A DNA stretch of 64,000 bases from Deltaproteobacteria bacterium. Lineage in GTDB: Bacteria > Myxococcota_A > UBA9160 > SMWR01. Position 1 is the stretch's first letter; every line of letters starts with the position of its first letter. The position numbers and the translations under genes are program-made. Location: contig JANNIY010000178.1 in the NCBI GenBank assembly GCA_031405455.1, forward strand, positions 19,257 to 83,256, given 5' to 3'. This document shows, in pieces, positions 8,072 to 16,530 of the stretch. Below the pieces are notes generated by a model. The model was not told where the DNA came from, ran no database searches, and saw nothing but the letters and a program-made list of their open reading frames with translations.

Positions 8072-9211
8072 ATGCCAAAGAGGCGGTGGCACCCTCCCCC
8101 CATGCGACGGTGGATCGGAATCGCGTCCCATCTCGGACTGGTGCTGTTCGGGATCGTCATCGCCCTCGGCCTTGCCGAGCTGGGCCTTCGATTGCGGCCC
8201 AGCCTGGAAGGGACCGGCGGCGGCCTGCATGGGTTGCACGAGCCGCGACCCGATCGCCCGTGGTTGTACGGCTTGCGGCCGGGGGCCCGGGCGGACCTGA
8301 TGATTTCGGGCGCCGTGACGTCGTACGCCATCAATGCCGACGGCTTTCGTGACCGCCTCTACCCACGTCCGAAGCCGCCGGGCACATTTCGTATTCTGGT
8401 CCTGGGCGACTCCGTCGCCTTCGGCTACGGCGTCGAGGAAGCCGCCAGCTTCCCGAAGGTCCTCGAGGAGCGCCTCGCCCGCCTGGCGCCCGCGACGCAA
8501 CGCATCGAAGTGCTCAACTTCGGCGTGGGTGGCTACAACCCGTACACCGAGGAGATGCAGTTTCAAACCATCGGCGTCAGCTACGAGCCGGATCTCGTCT
8601 TGTTGCAGTTTTGCATCAACGATCTGAACGATCCCACGGTGCACTTCGATGGCCAGACGCTGCTGCACCTCGGCGCGCTTCCCGACGCGGCATTTCCCAA
8701 TCCGGCCTTGCGGCGGCCGCAACCGGGCGCGCCCGCTGCGGCGGTTGCACTCTGCCGGCGTTCGCGCCTGTGCGCGCTGCTGGATACCGCATGGCTCGCC
8801 CACAATCGCACGGAACCCGACGCGGAGGCTGCGATTGCGGCCTACGCTCCCGACTTCGGCAACCCGGGGCCGCAGTGGGACTGGCTGGGGGCACGCTACG
8901 GCGCGATCGCTCGCCAAGCCGAGGCGCTGCACGCACCTTTGCTGGTGTTGGCGTTCCCGTATCGCAATCAAGTCGAGGGTCGGGATTCGGGGCGGGTCGA
9001 GGAACGCCTGGTGAACCTGGGCCAGGCAGGAAAATGGACGACCCTCAACCTGTTGCCCGCGTTCCAGCACGCAGCGCAATCGGGAGCCCGACTGTTTCTC
9101 GATGTGTGGCACCCGACGGCAGCGGGTCATCGGGCGGCGGCCGAAAGCATTTTGCGCGAGCTTCAGTGCCGAAAGCTGCTTCCGTTCGCCGCTGAAATCA
9201 GCTGCGAGTAG
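8072..9211 (+). CDS. SGNH/GDSL hydrolase family protein with N-terminal membrane anchor
   Basis: Block I ILVLGDSVAFGYG, block III GVGGYN, block V DVWHPTAAGH. TM segment IASHLGLVLFGIVIALGLA. Confidence 0.8.
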   Translation: MPKRRWHPPPMRRWIGIASHLGLVLFGIVIALGLAELGLRLRPSLEGTGGGLHGLHEPRPDRPWLYGLRPGARADLMISGAVTSYAINADGFRDRLYPRPKPPGTFRILVLGDSVAFGYGVEEAASFPKVLEERLARLAPATQRIEVLNFGVGGYNPYTEEMQFQTIGVSYEPDLVLLQFCINDLNDPTVHFDGQTLLHLGALPDAAFPNPALRRPQPGAPAAAVALCRRSRLCALLDTAWLAHNRTEPDAEAAIAAYAPDFGNPGPQWDWLGARYGAIARQAEALHAPLLVLAFPYRNQVEGRDSGRVEERLVNLGQAGKWTTLNLLPAFQHAAQSGARLFLDVWHPTAAGHRAAAESILRELQCRKLLPFAAEISCE

Positions 9212-9235
9212 CTTCGCGAACGGCTGGAGAACCCG

Positions 9236-10795
9236 GTGTCACCCACGAACCAGCCAGCCCATCCCACCCAGACCCACGCGACACGAGAGCGCGGGCTCGG
9301 GGTCGCGGTCTTCGCCGCGTGCCTGCTGATCTACGGGTTGACTAGCTTCGGCGCGCTGCGCTCTCCGGACAGCGAGGTCGTGTTCGAAGTCTGCGAGGCC
9401 CTGGCCGATCACGGAACGTTCGCCGTGCAGGGCGTGTCGGCATGGGAGGGTTTCGGCCTGGCCCCAGGGCGCGACGGACGCATGTACTCGGTGTTTGGTG
9501 TGGGCCAGTCGTTGGCCTGCGTGCCGATGTTGTGGGCCGGGCGGGTTCTGGGGATTGCCGGTGATGGGGCCCCCGCGCGCATCCACCCGAGCTTCTACGT
9601 CGACGACGGCCTCCGGAGGTTCAGGGATCAGCTGCCCATTGCGTCGCGCGCGCCGCACGGCGACCGCTTCGTAGCTGCGTATCTGAACGTGCTCGCCGGC
9701 GCCCTGGGCGCCTGGGTCTTCTACGCCATCGCGCGGCGCCTGGCGCGGCGTCCCGCTGCGGCCCTGGGCGTGACCGCGCTGTACGCCTTCGGAACACTGG
9801 CGTGGTCCTACTCGGGCTTCTGTTTCAGCGAGCCGCTGGCGATCCTGTTCATGCTGCTGTCGCTGCTGGCGCTGATGCACTCGGGCGGCCTCGCCCTCGT
9901 GAGTTCGGGTCTGGCCCTCGGTTGTGCCGTGGCCACGCACGTGACGGCGATCCTCTTCGTTCCGTTCTTCGCGGGCTACGCGTTCTTCAACGCCCCCTCC
10001 GCGAACCGCCGCTGGGCGGGCCTCGCGTTTTGCAGCGGGCTCGCTGCCGTGCTGATCCTGCTCGGCCTGTACAACGAATTGCGTTTCGGCAGCCCCTTCG
10101 AAACCGGGCGATCGGTCGCTGCGGTGCTCGCGCAACGCTTCAGCTACGGCCACGCGGTGCCCCCGTGGACCGGTCTCCTGGGTTTCGCCGTCGGCAGCGG
10201 GAAGAGCCTGTTCGTCTTCGTGCCCGCAGTGCTCGGCGGGCTGCTGCTGCTGCCCTCGTTCTTGCGTTCGCAGCGAGCGCTGGGACTCCTCATCGCCGGA
10301 GCCTCGATCACGCGCGTGCTGTTCATCGCCGGACGCAGCGACTGGCACGGCGGCTTCTGCCTCGGCCCGCGCCTGCTGCTGCTGATCGTGCCCTTGCTGC
10401 TGCTGCCCATCGTGCCATGGCTCGATCGCGTGCTCGAACAGCGTCGGCGGGGCGCGCTCGTGGCCTTCGCCGTCGCATCGTGGGTCTGCGTAACCGAGCA
10501 GATCGCCTTCAGCCTCGGCGAGCCGTTCACGTTCTATCGGCGGATCATGGAGATCTACCTGCCACGGGGCACGAACATCTTCGCCGACGACCGCCTGTAC
10601 CTGGACTGGGATTTCTTTCCGCTGCTGAAGCTTCTACAGGGGCCGCGGGGACCGTGGTTGCTGGCCGAGATCCCGCTGTCCAATTTCGCGCTGTGGGCCG
10701 TACTGAGCGCGTTCGCCGCCGGACTGTTGGCGCTGGCGACCTGGCTGGCGCTGCGAGAGCGCGATCCGGGAACCGTTGGCCCTGCTCCGCATTGA
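9236..10795 (+). CDS. polytopic membrane protein, GT-C fold glycosyltransferase-like (ArnT/PMT family)
   Basis: More than 10 hydrophobic segments. The first-loop acidic motif RSPDSEVVFEV is typical of lipid-carrier-dependent glycosyltransferases. GTG 9236 with GGAGAA upstream. Confidence 0.65.
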   Translation: MSPTNQPAHPTQTHATRERGLGVAVFAACLLIYGLTSFGALRSPDSEVVFEVCEALADHGTFAVQGVSAWEGFGLAPGRDGRMYSVFGVGQSLACVPMLWAGRVLGIAGDGAPARIHPSFYVDDGLRRFRDQLPIASRAPHGDRFVAAYLNVLAGALGAWVFYAIARRLARRPAAALGVTALYAFGTLAWSYSGFCFSEPLAILFMLLSLLALMHSGGLALVSSGLALGCAVATHVTAILFVPFFAGYAFFNAPSANRRWAGLAFCSGLAAVLILLGLYNELRFGSPFETGRSVAAVLAQRFSYGHAVPPWTGLLGFAVGSGKSLFVFVPAVLGGLLLLPSFLRSQRALGLLIAGASITRVLFIAGRSDWHGGFCLGPRLLLLIVPLLLLPIVPWLDRVLEQRRRGALVAFAVASWVCVTEQIAFSLGEPFTFYRRIMEIYLPRGTNIFADDRLYLDWDFFPLLKLLQGPRGPWLLAEIPLSNFALWAVLSAFAAGLLALATWLALRERDPGTVGPAPH

Positions 10796-10825
10796 ATCAC
10801 GCGAACGGGGGGCGATCAGGATCCC

Positions 10826-12463
10826 TCAGCCTGCGAACCCCTGCGCGATCAACGCTTGCGCCGAGCGCGCGCCATCGATCGCCGCGCTCATGATCCCGCC
10901 CGCGTGGCCCGAACCTTCGCCGACGGGGAATAGATTGGCGAAGCCGCGTGCGCGGCGGGTCGCTTCCTCGCGGGGCAGTCGCACGGGGCCGGAGCTGCGT
11001 GTCTCGAGGCCGACGAGCAGGCCCGCTTCGGACGCGAAGCCGGGGATCTCGCGCTCGAAACGCGCGAGCGCGTGGCGCAGGGCATCGCGGACCGGCTCTG
11101 GGAGCAGCAGGTCGATGCGACCCGGACGCACGCCGAACCGGTAGCTCGTGGCGCCGGGTGAGCGGGTCTCGCGGCCCGCGAGGAAATCCGGTGCGCGCTG
11201 TGCGGGCGCGGTGTAATCGCCGCCGCCCGCGCTGAAGGCTGCCCGCTCGAGTGTTTCCTGGAAGTCGACTCCCGCCCAGGTTCCCCCGCCGAGCTCGCGC
11301 GGCCCGAGGGTCACGACCAGCGCCGCGTTCGCCCAACCCGACGAGTGGCGCGAGTTGCTCATGCCGTTCGTGCACAGCAGGCCCGGTTGATTCACGCTGG
11401 CGACGATCTGGCCCCCCGGGCACATGCAGAAGCTGTGCGCCGCGGCAGATTTTTCGCTCGCCCGACACGCGAGCGCGTAATATGCGGGAGGCAATAGACC
11501 GCTCGCCATCTCCTCTCCATAGCGCCCAGCATCGACCAGCGCCTGTGGATGCTCGATGCGAACGCCGAGCTGAAACGGCTTTGCCTCGAGCACGACGCCG
11601 TCGCGCTCGAGGGCGTGCCAGGTGTCACGCGCACTGTGGCCCGGCGCGAGCACGACCGCGTCGCAGCCGATCTCGCCGCTGCGGGTTGCGAGCGCCCGGA
11701 TCCGGCGCGGTGGCCCCGCGTCGGCGATCAGAGCGTCGAGTTTCGTTCCGAATGCGAAGCGCACACCGCGCGCGGCGAGGCGCTCGCGCAGCACGGGCAG
11801 GATCCTGTGCAGACGATCGGTGCCCAGGTGGGCGCGCGCGTCATAGAGCACTTCGGGCGGCGCGCCGCAGGCAACCAGCTCCTCGAGCAACGGCACTTCG
11901 AGCGGGTGTTCGACGCGGGTGTAGAGCTTGCCATCCGAATAGGTCCCGGCGCCGCCCTCACCAAACAATAGATTTGCCTCGGGATCGGGCTCGCGCCGGT
12001 TCCCGAAGGCCGCGACGGCGCGGCCACGCTCGCGCAGGCTGGGGCCGCGATCGAGCAGCGTCACGCGCACGCCATTGCGCGCGAGCACGAGCGCCGCGAA
12101 CAATCCTGCCGGGCCCGCGCCCACTACGGCGACGTGCGCGCCGCGCACGCTCGCATGGACGTTTTCGACTTCGATCGCACCGCGCAGGGGAGCCGGAACC
12201 ACGCGCCCTGCTCGCAGTGCGCGCGCGAGGCCGGTCGGCGGCGGGCCCGCGTCGAGCACGAGATCGGCATGCACGACGAAGCGCAGCCGCCGCGCGCCGC
12301 CGCGGCGTCGCGCGTCGAGCGCCTTGCGCGCGATGCGGAAACCGCGCAGTTGCTCGCCGCCAACGCCCGCCGCCGCGAGCGCGCGCTCGCGCAACAGCGC
12401 CTCGGGCTCCTCGAGGCCGAGCTCGAGTCCGAGCACGCGGTAGCTTTGGGTCGCCTCGCTCAC
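10826..12463 (-). CDS. NAD(FAD)-dependent oxidoreductase, COG2509 type
   Basis: Dinucleotide fold VAVVGAGPAGLFAAL and C-terminal VGEGSGHAGGIMSAAIDG. A probable GTG start at 12463 lies 16 nt after the upstream stop; the longer ORF to 12532 overlaps that gene. Confidence 0.85.
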   Translation of the reverse strand: MSEATQSYRVLGLELGLEEPEALLRERALAAAGVGGEQLRGFRIARKALDARRRGGARRLRFVVHADLVLDAGPPPTGLARALRAGRVVPAPLRGAIEVENVHASVRGAHVAVVGAGPAGLFAALVLARNGVRVTLLDRGPSLRERGRAVAAFGNRREPDPEANLLFGEGGAGTYSDGKLYTRVEHPLEVPLLEELVACGAPPEVLYDARAHLGTDRLHRILPVLRERLAARGVRFAFGTKLDALIADAGPPRRIRALATRSGEIGCDAVVLAPGHSARDTWHALERDGVVLEAKPFQLGVRIEHPQALVDAGRYGEEMASGLLPPAYYALACRASEKSAAAHSFCMCPGGQIVASVNQPGLLCTNGMSNSRHSSGWANAALVVTLGPRELGGGTWAGVDFQETLERAAFSAGGGDYTAPAQRAPDFLAGRETRSPGATSYRFGVRPGRIDLLLPEPVRDALRHALARFEREIPGFASEAGLLVGLETRSSGPVRLPREEATRRARGFANLFPVGEGSGHAGGIMSAAIDGARSAQALIAQGFAG

Positions 12464-12479
12464 GTTCGCACGCGCCGCC

Positions 12480-13727
12480 TCACGCGGCCCCCGGCACCAC
12501 ACCGGTGAACACCTCGACCCGCAGGCCCCCATTGCGCCAGCTCGCAGCGGGTTCGAGCGGCAGCCCGCTCGCGCTCACCAGGCGACGATCCCCACACAAC
12601 AACGCCACACGCCAGCCCGGACAGCGGCTCCGCAGCACGCTGCCGAAGCGCGCGTGTAGATCGCGCAGATCGCCGCCACCGCGCAAGCGCACACCGTAGG
12701 GCGGATTGCTGACGATCCAACCCGTGCCCGGCGGCGGCTCGAAATCCGAGATCGGGCGGCACGCGAGAGCGATGTCCAGCGCTACGCCCGCCGCATCCGC
12801 GTTCGCGCGCGCAGCCTCGATCGCGCCCGCATCGCGATCGCTCGCCCCGATGGCGGGACCCGCAGCGAGCACCGCAGCTTCCGCGTCGGCGAGAATTTGC
12901 GACCAACGTGCGGCGTCGAAGCCGGGCCAGTCCATGAATGCGAAACGGCGGCCGCGGCCTGGCGCGAGCCTGCGCGCCAACAGCGCCGCCTCGATTGCGA
13001 TCGTCCCCGAGCCGCAAAAGGGATCCGCGAGCGGCGACACCGCGTCCCAACCCGACGCGACGAGCAGCGCCGCCGCCAGCGTCTCGCGTAGCGGCGCCTT
13101 ACCCGCCAGCTTGCGCCAACCGCGTTGGTGCAGGAGCGCACCCGATGTATCGATGCTCACGACGCAGCGATCGTGCACGATCCGCACGAGCACGAGCGGT
13201 TGGTTCGATTGCTCGTCGCTCGCCTGCGGCTCATCGTCCGGCCGCTTCGCGGACGGACATTCCTTCGGTTCGCTCACCTGCTCGTCGTTGCGCGGCCGCC
13301 TGGCGGCCTTGCGTTTCCCCTGCTCGTTCGGGTCGCTGGCGCCAGGCGCAGGCGGCTCGCCTCCGAGGCGGTCGCCGATCGCCTGCCGCACGCGCTCTGC
13401 GACCGCGCCGGTATGCCGGAGGCGCGAGTGGCTGCATGCGACCGTGATGCGAACGCTGGCCCCGAGCGCGAGGTAGCTCTCGAAAGGCAGACGCGCCGTG
13501 CGCCTCCGCAGCTGCTCGAAATCACGCGCGTGGAACTCGCCCAGACGAACGAGGAACCGGGTCGCCGTGCGCGACTGCAAGTTTGCGGCGTAGAGAACGT
13601 GCAGATCGCCCCGAAATGCCACGCCCCCCGGCTCGGCCCGGATCGCGCCGGCGCCCAGAGCGCGCAACTCGGCTTCCGTGAAGGGCTCGAGCCCCGGTGC
13701 GCAGACGGCGAAGAATTCGAGTTCCAT
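12480..13727 (-). CDS. THUMP-domain class I SAM-dependent RNA methyltransferase (RlmL/UPF0020-like)
   Basis: N-terminal THUMP-like region, DPFCGSGTIAIEA SAM motif and NPPYG catalytic motif. Confidence 0.85.
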   Translation of the reverse strand: MELEFFAVCAPGLEPFTEAELRALGAGAIRAEPGGVAFRGDLHVLYAANLQSRTATRFLVRLGEFHARDFEQLRRRTARLPFESYLALGASVRITVACSHSRLRHTGAVAERVRQAIGDRLGGEPPAPGASDPNEQGKRKAARRPRNDEQVSEPKECPSAKRPDDEPQASDEQSNQPLVLVRIVHDRCVVSIDTSGALLHQRGWRKLAGKAPLRETLAAALLVASGWDAVSPLADPFCGSGTIAIEAALLARRLAPGRGRRFAFMDWPGFDAARWSQILADAEAAVLAAGPAIGASDRDAGAIEAARANADAAGVALDIALACRPISDFEPPPGTGWIVSNPPYGVRLRGGGDLRDLHARFGSVLRSRCPGWRVALLCGDRRLVSASGLPLEPAASWRNGGLRVEVFTGVVPGAA

Positions 13728-13839
13728 GGCTGGGCCGCGGGCTCGAGGATCGGCCCGGCCGGATTGTGCCGCGGATGGCCCTCGCGCGCTTGATCGCCGC
13801 TCCGCGGATCGCTACCCACACGCCGGGAGGGCTCCGACT

Positions 13840-15090
13840 TTGCGAGACGTTCTGGCCCTGGTGCTTGCGGGCGGCGAGGGCCGGCGCTTGCATCCGCTCA
13901 CGCGCGAGCGCAGCAAGCCGGCCGTCTATTTCGGCGGGCGCCATCGGCTGATCGACTTCGTGCTCTCGAACCTGGTGAATAGCGGCTTCCAGAAGATCAA
14001 GGTTCTGACACAGTATCGAGCCACTTCGCTCGTGCGCCACCTCACGCGTTCCTGGTCGCTGGCTTCGACGCTGCTCGATCAGTACATCGAACCCGTGCCG
14101 GCCGCGATGAATCTCGGCCCCACCTGGTTTCGCGGCACCGCCGACGCCATCTGGCAGAACATCGACCTGCTGCGCGACGAGAAGCCGCGCGACGTCGCCG
14201 TTTTCGGCTCGGATCACGTCTACAAGATGGACATCGAGCGGATGTTGGAGTTGCATCGCCGGCAGGGGGGAGACCTGACCGTGGCGACCATCGCGATGCC
14301 GCGCGCGGAAGCCAGCGCCTTCGGCTGCGTCGCCGTGGATGCCGCTGGCTGGGTGATCGGCTTCGTCGAAAAGCCCGCGGACCCGCCGCCGATTCCGGGG
14401 CAGCCCGAGCTCTCGCTGGTGTCGATGGGCAACTACATCTTTCGCACCGGCGCCCTGCTCGACGAGCTGCGCCGCAATGCCGCCGCCGAATCGACGTCGC
14501 ACGATTTCGGCAAGGACATCCTCGCGACCGCGCACGAACGCATGCGGGTCGCCGCCTACGATTTCTCGACGCAGCTGTGCCCCGGCGAAACCGAGAACTC
14601 GCGCGGCTACTGGCGCGACGTCGGAACCCTCGATGCCTACTTCGATGCGAGCATGGATCTCGTCTCCGTCGAGCCGCGGCTCAACCTCTACAACCCGGAC
14701 TGGCCGATCCGCGGCATCTCTCCGCTCGCCGGCCCGGCCAAGTTCGTGTTCTCCGACGACGCGGGCGGGCGCGTGGGCTCGGCGCGCGATTCGATCGTGG
14801 GCGTCGGCACGATCGTCTCCGGCGGCCAAATCGACCGGACCGTTTGCTTCAGCGACGTGCGCGTGAACAGCTACAGCCGGATCTCGCGCTGCGTGCTGTT
14901 CCCGGGCGTCGACATCGGGCGCCATGCGCGCCTCACGCGCTGCATCGTCGACAAGGGCGTGCGCATCCCCCCCGGCGAGGTGATCGGCGAAGATCCCGAT
15001 CGCGACCGCGCGCGCTTCACGGTGAGCCCCGAAGGCGTGGTTGCCGTCGGGCGCGCGGATTTTGGACAGCGCGACGAGTACGACGTCTAG
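13840..15090 (+). CDS. glgC: glucose-1-phosphate adenylyltransferase
   Basis: LVLAGGEGRRLHPLTRERSKPAVYFGG..., KVLTQY, FVEKP. TTG 13840 with GGGAGG 8 nt upstream. Confidence 0.93.
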   Translation: MRDVLALVLAGGEGRRLHPLTRERSKPAVYFGGRHRLIDFVLSNLVNSGFQKIKVLTQYRATSLVRHLTRSWSLASTLLDQYIEPVPAAMNLGPTWFRGTADAIWQNIDLLRDEKPRDVAVFGSDHVYKMDIERMLELHRRQGGDLTVATIAMPRAEASAFGCVAVDAAGWVIGFVEKPADPPPIPGQPELSLVSMGNYIFRTGALLDELRRNAAAESTSHDFGKDILATAHERMRVAAYDFSTQLCPGETENSRGYWRDVGTLDAYFDASMDLVSVEPRLNLYNPDWPIRGISPLAGPAKFVFSDDAGGRVGSARDSIVGVGTIVSGGQIDRTVCFSDVRVNSYSRISRCVLFPGVDIGRHARLTRCIVDKGVRIPPGEVIGEDPDRDRARFTVSPEGVVAVGRADFGQRDEYDV

Positions 15091-16530
15091 ATGGCCTTGC
15101 GCATCGGCTTCGTCACGGCGGAGCTCGCGCCCCTCGCGCAAAGCGGCGGGCTCGGCGAGGCCGTCAGCGGGCTCGCCCGTGCGCTCGCGGTGCGCGGACA
15201 CGAGATCGTGTGCACGCTCCCCGCCTACCGCAGCCTGCTCGATCATCCGGAATGCCCTGCGCTGCAAGAGGCGGGCAGCGTCCGCCTCTCGCTCCCGCAG
15301 CGCGAGCTGCGCGGGCGCTTTCTGGTCGGCGAGCTCGCGCCGCGCGTGCAATTGCGCCTGCTCGATCTGCCGGAACTCTACGCACGCCCGGGACTCTATG
15401 CTGACGCGAACGGCGTCTACGGGGACAACGACCTGCGCTTCATCGCGCTGGCGCGCGCTGCGGCAGCCGCGGAGAACCTGCCGCGCCCGGACGTCGTTCT
15501 CGCCCACGATTGGCACGCGGCGCTCGCGGCGTGCCTGATGCGAACCGTCGACGCGCAACGCTGGCGCGGCGTGGGCAGCGTGGTCGCGATCCACAACAAC
15601 GCGCACCAGGGGCGCTTCGCGGGCTCGGCATTCCCGCTCACGGGCCTGCCGGCTGAGCTCTTCGGAGCGGAAGGGGTCGAGTTCTACGGCGATCTCTCGC
15701 TGCTCAAGGCGGGGCTCGTCTTCGCGGATCGGATCGTCGCCGTCTCGCCGAACTACGCCCGCGAGCTGCTCGAGCCGGCCTTCGGCGCGGGCCTCGAGGG
15801 CGTCTACCAACAGCGTGCGAAGAGTCTCAGCGGGATTGCGAACGGGATCGACGTGGAGCGCTACGACCCGGCCAGCGACCCTGCCCTCGCGGCCTCGTTC
15901 GACGCGGAGCACTCGCATGGCAAAGTGGCTTGCCGCGCCGCCCTGCTGAACGAGCTCGACCTGGCAGCGCCGCCCCCCGGCCGTCTGCTGGCCGCGATCG
16001 GACGCCTCGACGCCCAGAAAGGCTGGGACGTGATCGAGGAGTCGCTGCCAGCGCTGATCTCCCACGGCGCCTCGCTCGCACTGCTCGGCGATGGAGATGC
16101 GGCGCTCGCGCAGCGCCTGCGCGCCGCCTGCGCGCGCCAGCCACGCCGGGCGAGCTTGTTCGTCGGTTGGGACGACGCGCGCGCGCGGCGACTGTATGCC
16201 GGCGCCGACGCCGTGCTGATCCCCTCGCGCTTCGAGCCCTGCGGACTGGTGCAGCTGGTGGCGCAGCGCTACGGAGCGCTGCCCGTGGCGCACCGCGTGG
16301 GCGGGCTCTCCGACACCATCGTGGATCGTGAGAGCGGCATCCTGTTCGCACCGCTGTCGGCCGCGTCCCTCGTCGCCGCGGTGGGCCGCGCCGCCGCGCT
16401 CGTGGCCGAACGCACGCCGCGCGCGCTGCGGCGCTCGCTCATGAGCCTCGACGTCTCGTGGGCCGGGCCGGCGCTGCGCTGGGAAGCCCTGCTCACGGAC
16501 GTCGCGCGCCAGGCGCGCGATGCGCGCTGA
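15091..16530 (+). CDS. glgA: glycogen synthase
   Basis: IGFVTAELAPLAQSGGLGEAV N-terminal motif and a GT5 C-terminal region. The ATG abuts the glgC stop. Confidence 0.93.
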   Translation: MALRIGFVTAELAPLAQSGGLGEAVSGLARALAVRGHEIVCTLPAYRSLLDHPECPALQEAGSVRLSLPQRELRGRFLVGELAPRVQLRLLDLPELYARPGLYADANGVYGDNDLRFIALARAAAAAENLPRPDVVLAHDWHAALAACLMRTVDAQRWRGVGSVVAIHNNAHQGRFAGSAFPLTGLPAELFGAEGVEFYGDLSLLKAGLVFADRIVAVSPNYARELLEPAFGAGLEGVYQQRAKSLSGIANGIDVERYDPASDPALAASFDAEHSHGKVACRAALLNELDLAAPPPGRLLAAIGRLDAQKGWDVIEESLPALISHGASLALLGDGDAALAQRLRAACARQPRRASLFVGWDDARARRLYAGADAVLIPSRFEPCGLVQLVAQRYGALPVAHRVGGLSDTIVDRESGILFAPLSAASLVAAVGRAAALVAERTPRALRRSLMSLDVSWAGPALRWEALLTDVARQARDAR

